Source: Oscillibacter sp.
GTDB lineage: Bacteria > Bacillota > Clostridia > Oscillospirales > Oscillospiraceae
Assembly: GCA_003522105.1 (NCBI GenBank)
Contig: DPGF01000072.1
Span: forward strand, 1-60,336
Direction of reading: 5' to 3'
Length of the DNA stretch: 60,336 bases
Shown piece by piece: positions 26,652-37,311 of the stretch; the first letter of the stretch is position 1, and each line of letters begins with the position of its first letter. A model generated the notes under the pieces. The model saw only the letters and a program-made list of their open reading frames with translations. It did no database searches and had not been told where the DNA came from. The translations under genes were made by a program, and so were the position numbers.

Positions 26652-27332
26652 ATGGCACGCAATATTCTTGTCGTAGAGGACGATAACAATATTTCCAACC
26701 TCATCAAAATGTATCTCGACAAAGAGGGCTTTGAAGTCCGCATCGCAGCCGACGGCGGCAAGGCGGTAGAAGAATTCAAGGAAAAAGAGCCGGATCTCGT
26801 GCTGCTTGACGTGATGCTCCCCGTGCTCGATGGTTGGGGCGTATGCGCCAAGATCCGCGAAACGTCCAAGTGCCCGATCATCATGCTCACTGCCAAGGGT
26901 GAGGTCAACGACCGCATTCATGGCCTCGAGATGGGCGCGGACGACTATGTCGTCAAGCCCTTTGAGATGAAAGAGCTGCTTGCGCGTATCAACGCGGTAC
27001 TGCGCCGCAGCGAGATCCCCGACGACACACACAAACGCCTCGTTTTCGACAAGCTCGTCATCGACCTTGACTCCTATGAGCTGATCGTGGACGGCAAGAA
27101 GATCGACACGCCGCCTAAAGAGCTGGAGCTTCTCTATCATCTCGCCGCCACGCCGAACCGCGTTTACACGCGCAATCAGCTGCTCGACGAGGTTTGGGGC
27201 TTTGACTATTTCGGCGACTCGCGCACGGTGGACGTACACGTCAAGAGGCTCCGCGAAAAGGTCGAAAATGTCAGCGATCAGTGGGCGCTCAAGACCGTTT
27301 GGGGCGTGGGCTACAAATTTGAAGTGAAGTAA
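26652..27332 (+). CDS. OmpR-family response regulator
   Basis: ILVVEDD, LLDVMLP, GADDYVVKPF, RTVDVHVKRLREK and TVWGVGYKF motifs. Confidence 0.95.
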   Translation: MARNILVVEDDNNISNLIKMYLDKEGFEVRIAADGGKAVEEFKEKEPDLVLLDVMLPVLDGWGVCAKIRETSKCPIIMLTAKGEVNDRIHGLEMGADDYVVKPFEMKELLARINAVLRRSEIPDDTHKRLVFDKLVIDLDSYELIVDGKKIDTPPKELELLYHLAATPNRVYTRNQLLDEVWGFDYFGDSRTVDVHVKRLREKVENVSDQWALKTVWGVGYKFEVK

Positions 27333-27338
27333 TTGAGC

Positions 27339-28823
27339 ATGCCGGAAGAAAACAAAGAGAAAAAACAGAAAAAAGGCTGGTTCCTGAAGGCCAGAACGCG
27401 CTGCCGCACGATCTACTGGCAGAATTTCCTGCTCACAGCCAGCGTCGTCATGCTGACGCTGGCGCTGCTCGGCAGTGCATTCTTCGCGCTGACATATTCC
27501 TATGCCATCGACGAGCGCAGCGAGGAGATGCAGAGCAAGGCGAGCGTCGTTTCGCACATGGTCTCATCTTACATGGAAAGCGGCTCGCTCACAGGACTGC
27601 GCGAACTGGCTGATTTTGCCTCCAGCGTAACAGACGCGCAGTTTCTCATCTGCAACGCAGACGGGAACCTGCTGCTGACGACTGACCCCTCGCTCGCCAA
27701 TCGCGTACTCACCGTGCCGAAGGATGTCTCCGAGGGAGCGATGAGCAGCGAACCATACGCGGTGCGCACCACGCTCGGCAGCATCTATGCGGATACACAC
27801 TTTGTTGTCGGTGTGCCGATTGAATCCGGCGGCGCGACCGTCGGCTTTGTACTGGCTGTGACCGGCGCACGGGCGCTGACGACGATGTGGCGCACTTTCA
27901 TCGGGCTTTTCTTTATGACGGAGGTGACGGTGCTGCTGCTCTCCTTCGTTGTGAGCGCGTGGGTCAGTATGCGCCAGTCGCACCCCATTCATGAGATGGC
28001 GGAAGCGACCCGCCGCTTTGCCGACGGCAACTTTGATGTGCGCATGCACAACTACGCCGGCGTGACGGAGATCACTGAGCTGGCCGACGCCTTCAACAAC
28101 ATGGCCGACTCCCTCCAGGAAACGGAGCGACAGCGCCGCGAGTTCATCGCCAACGTTTCCCACGAGCTCAAGACCCCGATGACGACCATCGCCGGCTATA
28201 CGGACGGCATTCTCGACGGCACGATCCCGCCCGAGCAGGAGAAGGAATATCTGCGCATCATTTCGGACGAATCGCGGCGCCTGTCCCGTCTTGTGCGCCG
28301 CATGCTTGAGGTCTCGCAGCTCCAGTCGCGCGATCTTAACCGCACGAAGGCGCCGTTCGACGTGTGTGAGAGCATGCGCCGCGTGCTCATCTCGATGGAA
28401 AAGAAGATCACCGACCGCGGGCTTGATGTGGACGCCGACATTCCCGACAGCGGCATCATGGTGCTCGGCGACAATGACCTCATCACGCAGGTCATCTACA
28501 ATCTGCTGGAAAACGCGACCAAATTTGCCCGCAAAGGCTCCGCGCTCTACCTCGGTGTGACCACTTCAAACGGCAAAGCGCTTGTTTCCGTGCGCAACGA
28601 GGGCGACACCATTCCCGCCGAGGAGATCCCGCTGCTCTTTGAGCGCTTCCACAAGAGCGATAAGTCCCGCTCCGAGGATAAGGACGGCGTGGGGCTCGGG
28701 CTCTACGTGGTCAAAACCATTCTCGATCAGCATAAGGAGCACATCGCCGTCACGAGTGAAAACGGCTTGACCACCTTCACCTTTACCGTCACGCTGGCCG
28801 GTGGGCAGATCGCCCCCCAGTGA
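27339..28823 (+). CDS. HAMP-domain sensor histidine kinase
   Basis: Two TMs, HAMP, NVSHELKTP H-box, NLLENA, FERF and GVGLGL motifs. Confidence 0.95.
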   Translation: MPEENKEKKQKKGWFLKARTRCRTIYWQNFLLTASVVMLTLALLGSAFFALTYSYAIDERSEEMQSKASVVSHMVSSYMESGSLTGLRELADFASSVTDAQFLICNADGNLLLTTDPSLANRVLTVPKDVSEGAMSSEPYAVRTTLGSIYADTHFVVGVPIESGGATVGFVLAVTGARALTTMWRTFIGLFFMTEVTVLLLSFVVSAWVSMRQSHPIHEMAEATRRFADGNFDVRMHNYAGVTEITELADAFNNMADSLQETERQRREFIANVSHELKTPMTTIAGYTDGILDGTIPPEQEKEYLRIISDESRRLSRLVRRMLEVSQLQSRDLNRTKAPFDVCESMRRVLISMEKKITDRGLDVDADIPDSGIMVLGDNDLITQVIYNLLENATKFARKGSALYLGVTTSNGKALVSVRNEGDTIPAEEIPLLFERFHKSDKSRSEDKDGVGLGLYVVKTILDQHKEHIAVTSENGLTTFTFTVTLAGGQIAPQ

Positions 28824-28849
28824 GTCCCCCGACAGGAGAAACAATCACT

Positions 28850-30145
28850 ATGGATCAGGAAAAGCAGAATCTTCCTCAAAGCGGCAGCACCAATGAGCCA
28901 CAGGAGGTCGTGCTGCGCTACGAGGTGCGCAGCACTCCCATCGTGGAGCGCTATGTGCAGCCCACACCGCTGCCCGGACAGCCCAAAGCCGCCGCGCCGC
29001 GCAGAAAAAGAAAGGGCCTCAGGATCTTTCTTTTCTGCATGCTCGGTCTGCTCCTCATCAGCGGCGGCATCACGGCCCTGTGCCTCAGCGGTGTGTTCGA
29101 CAGCCACGACTCCTATTTTGACGATCATTTCGAGCATCGCAATGACGCCGAATCCTACGACAATTCAAACCACGGCGAAACGACCATCAAGCGCCTGCCC
29201 AACACCGACAAGGTCAAGCTCCGCTACAGCGAAACGCACGGCGAGGCGCTGAGTATTCAGGAGGTCTATCAGAAGGTCAATCCATCCACCGTCACGGTGT
29301 TTGCCTCCATGAGCGACGGCAGCGCCATGGTCGGCACGGGCGTCATTTTCACGTCCGACGGTTATATCCTCACAAACGCGCATGTCATCGCGGGCGGCGC
29401 TGAGTGTTATGTCGTACTCGACACAGGCAAGAACTACCGCGCCAGCCTTCTGGGACTGGACGAAGAAAAGGATCTTGCCGTCATCAAGATCGCCGCCAAA
29501 GACCTCCCCGCTGCGGAGTTTGGCGATTCCGATGCGCTGACCGTCGGCGATACCGTGTACGCCATCGGCAATCCGCTCGGCGTGGAGCTGCGCGGCACGC
29601 TGACCGACGGCATTGTTTCGGCCATCAACCGCGATGTAGACGTTGACGGCATCACAATGACGCTCATTCAGACGAATGCCGCACTCAACAGCGGCAACTC
29701 CGGCGGCCCACTCATCAACGTATACGGACAGGTCGTCGGCATCAACACGATGAAGATGGGCTCCTCCTCCACCGTAAGCGTAGAGGGACTCGGCTTCGCC
29801 ATTCCCATCGCGTCGACCGCTTACATGATCAATGATCTCATCGCCTACGGCGAGATCCACGGCGAGGTGATGATCGGCGTCTCAGTGCAGATCGCACCCG
29901 TCACGCTCGACAGCGGCGAGACTGCGCTGCTCGTCATGGAAGTCACGCCCGGCGGCCCCGGCGACGAAGCCGGCATTCAAAAGGGCGATCTCATTTTGAA
30001 GGCAGACGGTGAGGCGTTGACCAAATCCACCGACCTTCTCCGTGTCCGCCGCCGCCACGAAGCGGGCGAAACGCTCAGCCTTCTGGTCGAGCGCGACGGC
30101 AGACGCTTCACCGCAGATATTGTTTTGCGCGAAAGCACGCCGTAA
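28850..30145 (+). CDS. htrA: HtrA-like membrane serine protease with PDZ domain
   Basis: TNAHV, DLAV and NSGNSGGPL catalytic triad; C-terminal PDZ. Confidence 0.9.
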   Translation: MDQEKQNLPQSGSTNEPQEVVLRYEVRSTPIVERYVQPTPLPGQPKAAAPRRKRKGLRIFLFCMLGLLLISGGITALCLSGVFDSHDSYFDDHFEHRNDAESYDNSNHGETTIKRLPNTDKVKLRYSETHGEALSIQEVYQKVNPSTVTVFASMSDGSAMVGTGVIFTSDGYILTNAHVIAGGAECYVVLDTGKNYRASLLGLDEEKDLAVIKIAAKDLPAAEFGDSDALTVGDTVYAIGNPLGVELRGTLTDGIVSAINRDVDVDGITMTLIQTNAALNSGNSGGPLINVYGQVVGINTMKMGSSSTVSVEGLGFAIPIASTAYMINDLIAYGEIHGEVMIGVSVQIAPVTLDSGETALLVMEVTPGGPGDEAGIQKGDLILKADGEALTKSTDLLRVRRRHEAGETLSLLVERDGRRFTADIVLRESTP

Positions 30146-30164
30146 ATCTCATAAAGGAGCTATT

Positions 30165-30281
30165 ATGAAAAAGAAACAGGGCTATGCGCTCGGTTCCCTG
30201 CTGCTCGGCGCCGCCTCCTGGCTGTGCCTGCTGGGTCTGCGGTGCATTGAAAAGCGCATGAAAAAGAAACAGGAAAAATAA
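30165..30281 (+). CDS. 38-aa single-TM small protein
   Basis: AAAGGAG RBS; MKKKQGYALGSLLLGAASWLCLLGLRCIEKRMKKKQEK; stop immediately before the terminator. Confidence 0.55.
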   Translation: MKKKQGYALGSLLLGAASWLCLLGLRCIEKRMKKKQEK

Positions 30282-30321
30282 GAAGAACCACACCGCGGGA
30301 TATCCCGCGGTGTGGTTCTTC
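30282..30321. terminator. Bidirectional terminator (htrA operon / spo0A)
   Basis: GAAGAACCACACCGCGGGAT / ATCCCGCGGTGTGGTTCTTC perfect palindrome. Confidence 0.8.
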
Positions 30322-30358
30322 TTCGTTTCGTTGTGGGCACGATCCGAAAGGCTCTCCC

Positions 30359-31114
30359 TTATGCTTTTCGGATCTTACGTTGCAAACGGATGCGGTCGGC
30401 GATCATGGCAATGAACTCTGAGTTGGTCGGCTTTCCTTTTGTGTTGGAAACCGTATACCCGAAATAGTGCTGGAGCGTTTCAAGGTCTCCGCGATCCCAT
30501 GCGACTTCGATCGCATGGCGCACGGCGCGTTCCACGCGCGAAGGTGTGGTGCTGTAACGGCGCGCGACCTCCGGATAGAGCACCTTCGTCACCGCATTGA
30601 TCACGTCCATGTCCTGCACCGCAATGACGATCGCCTCGCGCACATACTGGTAGCCCTTGATGTGCGCAGGTACGCCGACCTCGTGGATCACCGCCGTGAC
30701 CTCGCGTTCAAGTGACTGGGATTCGCTCTCGCTCTCTTCCCCTTCGTTCATCGCGCGGCGCATCTGCTCCAACAGCGAAGCCGTTTCACAGGGCTTTGGC
30801 ATGAAGAAGGATACGCCGCGGCTCATTGCCTGCGCAACGATCTGGTCGCGATAGAGCGCCGAGACAATCAGGCTCTTCACCTGCACCTTCGCCTTTTCCA
30901 GCTGCTCGAGCACGCCGAAGCCGTCCAGTCCCGGCAGCAGCAGATCCATGACAAGGAGCTGTGGTCTCTTCTCCTGCACAAGCTGAACGGCAGCCAATCC
31001 GTCGGCCGCGCTTCCCACTACGTCGAATCCCTCCGCGTTTTCCAATGTCTGCTGCAGTGCCGTGCGAAACTCCTCGTTCGCATCTGCCAATACGACTGTA
31101 ATCCTGTTCTCCAT
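30359..31114 (-). CDS. spo0A: Sporulation master regulator Spo0A
   Basis: [37 protein letters not shown] and KPTNSEFIA motifs. Confidence 0.97.
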   Translation of the reverse strand: MENRITVVLADANEEFRTALQQTLENAEGFDVVGSAADGLAAVQLVQEKRPQLLVMDLLLPGLDGFGVLEQLEKAKVQVKSLIVSALYRDQIVAQAMSRGVSFFMPKPCETASLLEQMRRAMNEGEESESESQSLEREVTAVIHEVGVPAHIKGYQYVREAIVIAVQDMDVINAVTKVLYPEVARRYSTTPSRVERAVRHAIEVAWDRGDLETLQHYFGYTVSNTKGKPTNSEFIAMIADRIRLQRKIRKA

Positions 31115-31242
31115 GTCATCCCGTCCTTTTTACACAAGTTTAGATTGCCGGCCAAGCCGGTCGGCTAAACAGCAAAATATGACGTCTTCATTCTGCCATG
31201 GCATAAAGTTAACATATTCGGACAGCGTTTTCAAGCAGTTTT

Positions 31243-31249
31243 TGTCGAA
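31243..31249 (+). promoter_or_regulatory. 0A box upstream of spo0A
   Basis: TGTCGAA matches the TGNCGAA consensus in the spo0A promoter region. Confidence 0.55.
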
Positions 31250-31336
31250 AATAACTATCTTTTTTGCATTTTTCCATCTAAAATCAGCTATTTTCACACT
31301 TCCTTAACAGAATGGTCTCTCTATCGGAGCGGTGGG

Positions 31337-32365
31337 TTATGCCGTCTGCAATCCGGCGGCAGCAAGCATATTTTCAATAAAAATGCCATAACCTCTTGTC
31401 GGGTCGTCCAATAAAACATGGGTCACTGCGCCGACGATCTTCCCGTCTTTTAAAACAACACTCCCGCTCATTCCCGGAACTATGCCGCCGGTCTGCGCAA
31501 GCAGCGCCTCATCCGTCACGTGCAGCAAAAAGTTGCGCGTGCTGCCGGAAGACGAGTAGATCTTTTCGATCTCAATGTCGTATGCGCGTGTTTCTTTGCC
31601 CTCCACGGTTGCAAGGATCTGCGCTTTTCCGGTTTTTCGCTCGCTTTTTCCGGCAATGGGCAGCGCCTGCGTGCGAAGCTTCTCTGCGTCCTCGGCGGAA
31701 AGCTTTCCAAAAATGCCGCTCTCGGTATTGGCAAAAAGCGTACCGCTGTCACGCGTCAGGTCAAAATCGCCCTTGAGTTCTCCCGGCGCGGCGCGCTCGC
31801 CTCGTTTCACCGCCTTGACCGATGCGTCCATGATACTGCCGTGGTCAAGCGGCAGGAGCTTTCCCGTATCCGCATCTGTCACGCCGTGTCCCAGTGCGCC
31901 GAAAATGCCGCTCTCCGGGTCGTAAAAGGTCATCGTGCCGATGCCCGCCATGCTGTCGCGCACCCATGCGCCGAGGCGGTAATCACCGCTTTCGTCCTTC
32001 TCCGGCGCTGCGCACAGCTCCAGCGTGCGGCTGCCGCGCTTGACGGTCAAAGCCGCAGCGTCCGCGCCGTTTTCTGCCAGAAGCTGACGAAATTCTTCGA
32101 TCGTATCAAGCTCCTGTCCACCGACAGCGGTGATCACGTCGCCCTCTTTCAGCCCGCAAGCCTTTGCAGGGCTTTCTCCATCGGAAAGGCCGACGACGAG
32201 CACGCCGTCAGAAAAGAGCTTCACGCCGATGACCTGCCCCACGGGGATCAGCTCGCTGACCGTCCGTTCTGCCGCCTGCGCGGACGGCAGCATGAGCGCA
32301 GCAGCGGCAAAAAATCCCAGCAGGATCGCCGCCGCGCGCTTTCCGATGCAATGCGTTCCATCCAT
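31337..32365 (-). CDS. spoIVB: SpoIVB peptidase
   Basis: PDZ domain, WVRDSMAGIGTMTF, ALGHG and GIVPGMSGS...AVTHV motifs; adjacent to spo0A. Confidence 0.93.
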   Translation of the reverse strand: MDGTHCIGKRAAAILLGFFAAAALMLPSAQAAERTVSELIPVGQVIGVKLFSDGVLVVGLSDGESPAKACGLKEGDVITAVGGQELDTIEEFRQLLAENGADAAALTVKRGSRTLELCAAPEKDESGDYRLGAWVRDSMAGIGTMTFYDPESGIFGALGHGVTDADTGKLLPLDHGSIMDASVKAVKRGERAAPGELKGDFDLTRDSGTLFANTESGIFGKLSAEDAEKLRTQALPIAGKSERKTGKAQILATVEGKETRAYDIEIEKIYSSSGSTRNFLLHVTDEALLAQTGGIVPGMSGSVVLKDGKIVGAVTHVLLDDPTRGYGIFIENMLAAAGLQTA

Positions 32366-32572
32366 TCTCTCACCCCTTCAAAAAATGAGAGCGGACGGCG
32401 CGTCCTGTGCGCGCAAGAAAGCAGCCGCCCGCTCACGCCGGCATTTTTCTGTCTTTTTCTTTCTTTTTTCGTCCGGCGCATTTACTTTCTGCGCTTCGGG
32501 CAAAATTAAAAGGTGCAAAATTTTGATGCGTTGGCACCGGCATCTGAAAAAAGCACGGCATTGGGGGCAAAA

Positions 32573-32602
32573 AAATTCCGCAGACCAAAGTCTGCGGAAT
32601 TT
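32573..32602 (-). terminator. ftsZ terminator
   Basis: AAATTCCGCAGAC / GTCTGCGGAATTT followed by a T-run on the minus strand. Confidence 0.75.
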
Positions 32603-32616
32603 TGGAAATATTTTCG

Positions 32617-33747
32617 TTAGCGCTCGCGGTTGAAAATCTTGAAGATATCGTCGAACGGGTCGGGCTCAGCTTCGTGCTTTGCCTCTTCCTCTGCCTTTTC
32701 CTTATCGAAATCGAGCGGGGTAAGACCGGCAGCAGCCTCGCCGCTCTGCTCCGCCTGACCCTTTTCCTTGTTGAAGTCAAGCGCACCGGGCGCCTTGTCA
32801 AAGCCCGTGGCGATCACGGTGACGCGGATCTCATCGTCGAGCGTTTCGTCGAACGTCGCGCCGAAGATGGTGAGCGCATCGGGATGCACGGCCTCCTGCA
32901 CGAGGGACGCCGCCTGCTCGACCTCGTCGAGACCAATGTCCATCGAGCCGGTGACGTTGATGAGCACGCCGTGCGCGCCGTTGATGGAGGTCTCCAGCAG
33001 CGGGGAGGAGATCGCCATGCGCGCAGCTTCCTCGGCCTTGTTCTTGCCTGCGGCGCGGCCGACGCCCATGTGGGCAAGGCCCGCGTCCTTCATGATGGCG
33101 GTCACGTCGGCAAAGTCGAGGTTGATGAAGCCCGTGTCGCGGATGAGGTCAGAAATGCTCTGCACCGCCTGGCGCAGCACATCGTCTGCGATCTCAAAAG
33201 CGTTGGCAAAGGTGATCTTCTGATCGGTTGCATGCTTGAGCCGCTCGTTTGGAATGATAACGAGCGAGTCGACCTTGGTTTTGAGTTCATTGATGCCCGC
33301 TTCCGCCTGCGTCATGCGGCGGCGGCCTTCAAAGCCGAAGGGCTTCGTCACAACGCCGACGGTCAGAATGCCCGCCTCGCGCGCGATCTCGGCAACGATG
33401 GGCGCGCCGCCCGTGCCGGTGCCGCCGCCCATGCCGGCGGTGATGAAGACCATATCCGTGTCCTCCAGCGCCTTGGCGATTTGGTTGCGGCTCTCTTCGG
33501 CGCTCTTGCGGCCAACCTCAGGATCAGAGCCTGCGCCCTGACCGTGCGTCAGCTTCTCGCCGATCTGGATCTTATCGGTAGCGGCGGAAACATTGAGCGC
33601 CTGCTTATCTGTGTTGACTGCGACAAAATCCACGCCGCGCGCACCGGTGCGCACCATGCGGTTAACAACGTTGTTGCCGCCGCCGCCAACGCCGATGACC
33701 TTGATCTTCACTACGTTCTCGGGGCCGGTTTCCAATCCGAATGCCAT
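32617..33747 (-). CDS. ftsZ: Cell division protein FtsZ
   Basis: [18 protein letters not shown] and NLDFADV motifs; ATG at 33747 with AGGAGG RBS. Confidence 0.98.
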   Translation of the reverse strand: MAFGLETGPENVVKIKVIGVGGGGNNVVNRMVRTGARGVDFVAVNTDKQALNVSAATDKIQIGEKLTHGQGAGSDPEVGRKSAEESRNQIAKALEDTDMVFITAGMGGGTGTGGAPIVAEIAREAGILTVGVVTKPFGFEGRRRMTQAEAGINELKTKVDSLVIIPNERLKHATDQKITFANAFEIADDVLRQAVQSISDLIRDTGFINLDFADVTAIMKDAGLAHMGVGRAAGKNKAEEAARMAISSPLLETSINGAHGVLINVTGSMDIGLDEVEQAASLVQEAVHPDALTIFGATFDETLDDEIRVTVIATGFDKAPGALDFNKEKGQAEQSGEAAAGLTPLDFDKEKAEEEAKHEAEPDPFDDIFKIFNRER

Positions 33748-33908
33748 GTCGGTTCCTCCTGCAATCTGTTGTATGGGCAAAGCGCCTGCCGCTGCAAGCG
33801 CCACAATATCAGGTATTTGCTATCCTAATTATTGTATTACGGTTTTCCCGCGGGGTCAATAGCAATCGGCCATTTCAGAAAAACTTTTTTACGTCAACCT
33901 ATGTTTTC

Positions 33909-34661
33909 TCACTCTGGGATAAAGTTGGCCTTGCCCTCCATCATCAGGTTGATGGTACCCTTCTGGTTATCCTCCAGATAATCCACCACGCGGCGCAGAT
34001 TCTCGAGCTTGTAGCCGATGTCCGCATCCCACGGCATCTTGACGGTAAATCGTCCAAGATAGGTAAAGGTGATCGCCGTGCCGTCGCTCAGGTCGACCTC
34101 GCCGATCATGGACATAAGCTGCTTTTCCTCCGCCGCGCGCAGCAGCACAAGGAGCCTCTCGAATTTGTACGAATCCTCTTGCGCAAACGCAGCGTGCGCG
34201 CCGACCTCCGGTGCGACAAACTCGCAGCCCGTCACGCGCGCGCAGCCCTCGGGGATCTGCGCGGTGCGCTCAAGGAGCTTTCCCTCGTCGCTCATCAGCC
34301 ACGTGCCGTCATTCTCTGTCAGCGCAGCAGACGCCGCGCACTCCGTTACCGTCAAGATAAGTGCATCAGGATATTTGCGGTTGATGCTGACGGTCTCCAC
34401 ATAAGGGAGCGCATCGAAAATAGCCTGTTTGACCTTATATTTGTTCAGCAGCACAAGGTTCTGTTCCTTCTGCACGCCAGCCGCCTCAATGAGCTGCTCC
34501 TTCGTATAGCGCTCGTTGCCTTCCACCACGATCAGGTCGATGCGGAAGAACATCGTCAGCGCGCCGAGAAATGCAGCGATCACGACTGCCAGGCACAAAA
34601 GTCTCAGCGGGAAAGGTGCTCTTCCCCGCCTGCGCCGCCTGTTTCTTCGCTTTGACGCCAT
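33909..34661 (-). CDS. ftsQ: Cell division protein FtsQ/DivIB
   Basis: Basic N-terminus, single TM, POTRA domain (VEGNERY...LPYVETV...YPD); dcw position. Confidence 0.85.
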   Translation of the reverse strand: MASKRRNRRRRRGRAPFPLRLLCLAVVIAAFLGALTMFFRIDLIVVEGNERYTKEQLIEAAGVQKEQNLVLLNKYKVKQAIFDALPYVETVSINRKYPDALILTVTECAASAALTENDGTWLMSDEGKLLERTAQIPEGCARVTGCEFVAPEVGAHAAFAQEDSYKFERLLVLLRAAEEKQLMSMIGEVDLSDGTAITFTYLGRFTVKMPWDADIGYKLENLRRVVDYLEDNQKGTINLMMEGKANFIPE

Positions 34662-34688
34662 AGTTTTCCTGCCTTTTTCTTCATTTGC

Positions 34689-35948
34689 TTATGGATCCGT
34701 TTCCCGCCGCACATGCGCGCCCAGCGCGCCGAGGCTCTCCTCGATGCGCTCGTATCCGCGGTCGATATGCTCGATGCGTGAAATGCGCGTCAGCCCCTCG
34801 GCCTGAAGTCCCGCGATAACGAGTGCCGCGCCCGCACGAAGGTCGGTGCACTTGACGCGTGCGCCGTGCAGGTGCTCGCGCCCCGTGACCACAGCAACGC
34901 GTCCCGCAACGCGCACCTCCGCGCCCATGCGCGCAAGCTCATCGACGTGACGGTAACGGTTTTCAAAAATATTCTCTACAAAAACGGTGCTGCCTTCACT
35001 CTTGAGAAGAGCCGCCATCAGCACAGGCTGGGCGTCGGTCGGAAAGCCCGGATAGGGCGCTGTGCGCACCGGACGAATGGACTTGAGAACGCCGCTGCTG
35101 CGGAGAAACACCTCGTTCTCTTCGCTCCTGACAAGGCAGCCCGCCTCGCTCAGCGCGCCGGACACGGTCGAAAGCGGCCGCGTTTCAACACCGCAAAGGC
35201 GCACCTCGCCCCCGCAGCAGGCCGCAGCGCATAGATACGTCGCGCCCACAATGCGGTCGGCGATGATGCGATATGTCCCGCCGTGCAGCGCGCGTTTTCC
35301 CTCCACCGTGATGATCGAGCCGCCCGCACCGCGGACATTGCCGCCCATCGCGTTGATAAAATTCTGCAAATCGACGATCTCCGGCTCGCGCGCGGCGTTG
35401 TAGATCGTCGTCACACCGTCTGCGCCGCAGGCGCAGAGGAGCGCGTTTTCCGTCGCGCCAACGCTCGGCATGGGTAAGTACACATCGCTCCCGAGGAGCC
35501 TTCCGCCGCGGCATTTGAGTTCGCCGCCCGTTTCTCTGATCTCCGCGCCCAGCGCGCGCAGCGCACCGAGGTGCAGGTCGATGGGGCGCGGCCCCAGCTC
35601 ACAGCCGCCGGGATAGCAGATCGTCGCTTCCTTGCAGCGCGCTAAGATCGCGCCGAGAAAGATGACCGACGAGCGCATCTCTCGCATCAGTGCGTCGGGC
35701 ACTGTGCAGCGATCCATGCGTGCCGTATCCACCACAAGGGCGCCGCCCTCCCAGTGCGTACAGCAGCCCAGGTGCCGCAAAATGGCAACGGACGCTTCCA
35801 CATCTCTGAGCTTCGGACAATTTTCGATCACGCAGGTATCCGCGCACAAAAGCGTTGCCGCCAGGATCGGCAGCACGCTGTTTTTCGAGCCTTGTATCGT
35901 CAGTTCCCCGTACAGGCGCTCTCCGCCCTCTACCAACAGCTCACACAT
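34689..35948 (-). CDS. murA: UDP-N-acetylglucosamine 1-carboxyvinyltransferase
   Basis: GSKNSVLPI, PGGCELGPRPIDLH, SVGATEN, PYPGFPTD and DLRAGA motifs. Confidence 0.95.
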   Translation of the reverse strand: MCELLVEGGERLYGELTIQGSKNSVLPILAATLLCADTCVIENCPKLRDVEASVAILRHLGCCTHWEGGALVVDTARMDRCTVPDALMREMRSSVIFLGAILARCKEATICYPGGCELGPRPIDLHLGALRALGAEIRETGGELKCRGGRLLGSDVYLPMPSVGATENALLCACGADGVTTIYNAAREPEIVDLQNFINAMGGNVRGAGGSIITVEGKRALHGGTYRIIADRIVGATYLCAAACCGGEVRLCGVETRPLSTVSGALSEAGCLVRSEENEVFLRSSGVLKSIRPVRTAPYPGFPTDAQPVLMAALLKSEGSTVFVENIFENRYRHVDELARMGAEVRVAGRVAVVTGREHLHGARVKCTDLRAGAALVIAGLQAEGLTRISRIEHIDRGYERIEESLGALGAHVRRETDP

Positions 35949-35980
35949 GGCATTCCCTCCCGCAAGCACATTACTTTTCC

Positions 35981-36009
35981 ATCGTATGCTTTTGTGGGGA
36001 ATGGGTGAC
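35981..36009 (-). promoter_or_regulatory. SigK/SigE-type promoter upstream of murA
   Basis: Minus strand GTCAC-N16-CATACGAT. Confidence 0.45.
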
Positions 36010-36153
36010 TGCCGACTTCCGCAGGGCAATAGTAGTTCATTTTCAGTATAGTCATTTTCGCGCGGCGCGTCAACTTCTTTTTACCTTGCTTTCCTAAGCG
36101 CTTTATGGCAGAATAAAGAAAATACTGTTTTCAGTCCGAAGGGAGTTTTCCAC

Positions 36154-37257
36154 ATGAAAAAACCGCTCAAGATCGCGCTCTATGCGCTCTTGGCGCTCGT
36201 TCTGATCGTCCTTGCCTACGTCATCTATGTCTTCGCCGCTTACTACCGCGTGGAAGACTATCAGTCGCTCGACGTGGTGCGCACCACTTGCGAATCTCCC
36301 GTCCCCATGGAGGACGCGGCCGAGACGGACGTCACCTACCGCATCGCTTCTGCCAATGTGGGCTTTGGCGCCTACAGCGACGATTACAGCTTCTTCATGG
36401 ACGGCGGCAAGGAAAGCCGCGCCCGCAGCGCCGAGGCTGTTGATGAAAACATGCGCGGCGAGGCTTCGCTCGTCAAGGCTCTCTCGCCCGATTTTGCCCT
36501 CTTTCAGGAGGTCGACATCGACGGTACGCGCAGCTGGCACGTTCCCGAGGACGCCTATCTCCGCGACGCGATGGCGGGCCGCGAGTTCGACGAGGTCTAT
36601 GCGCAGAATTACGACAGCCCCTATCTCTTCTACCCCTTCCTCTCCCCGCACGGGGCGAACAAAGCAGGCATCATCACCTATTCTACCTTGCCCATCTCGT
36701 CCGCTATTCGCAGGTCTCTTCCCATCGAGCAGGGCTTTATGAAGCTCGTCGACCTTGACCGCTGCTACTCTGTCAGCCGCATCTCGATGGCAAACGGGAA
36801 AGAGTTTATACTCTATAACCTCCACCTTTCCGCCTACACCTCTGACGGTACCATCGCGACCGAGCAGCTTGAGATGCTCTGCGCCGATATGCTCGCGGAG
36901 TACGAAAGCGGCAACTACTGCGTTGCCGGCGGCGACTTCAACAAGGATCTGCTCGGTTCTTCCGCTGAAATTTTCGGCGTTACAGGCGGCGAGAACGACA
37001 CCTGGGCCCAGCCCATTCCCGAAGGCACGATCCCCGCAGGGCTCTCCCTCGTTGCGCCCTTCGATCCCGAGCACCCTGTTGCCTCCTGCCGTACCGCCAA
37101 CGAGCCGTATGACGTGACGACCTCCTTCCGCGTCACGGTGGACGGCTTCCTCGTTTCGGACAATGTTGAGGTGCTCGGCGCGGACGTGGTCGACGCGGAC
37201 TACCGCTACTCTGACCACAACCCCATCTACATGGACTTTATCCTCAAGTCCGAATAA
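36154..37257 (+). CDS. Membrane-anchored endonuclease/exonuclease/phosphatase (EEP) family protein
   Basis: N-terminal TM; FQEVD, NLHLSAY, GGDFN, DGFLVS and SDHNP motifs. Confidence 0.88.
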   Translation: MKKPLKIALYALLALVLIVLAYVIYVFAAYYRVEDYQSLDVVRTTCESPVPMEDAAETDVTYRIASANVGFGAYSDDYSFFMDGGKESRARSAEAVDENMRGEASLVKALSPDFALFQEVDIDGTRSWHVPEDAYLRDAMAGREFDEVYAQNYDSPYLFYPFLSPHGANKAGIITYSTLPISSAIRRSLPIEQGFMKLVDLDRCYSVSRISMANGKEFILYNLHLSAYTSDGTIATEQLEMLCADMLAEYESGNYCVAGGDFNKDLLGSSAEIFGVTGGENDTWAQPIPEGTIPAGLSLVAPFDPEHPVASCRTANEPYDVTTSFRVTVDGFLVSDNVEVLGADVVDADYRYSDHNPIYMDFILKSE

Positions 37258-37261
37258 GGAA

Positions 37262-37307
37262 AAAAGCAAAAGGAAGCGAGCCCTTGGCTCGCTTCCTTTT
37301 TGCTTTT
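37262..37307. terminator. Bidirectional terminator (EEP gene / murG)
   Basis: AAAAGGAAGCGAGCC-CTT-GGCTCGCTTCCTTTT. Confidence 0.8.
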
Positions 37308-37311
37308 CTTT

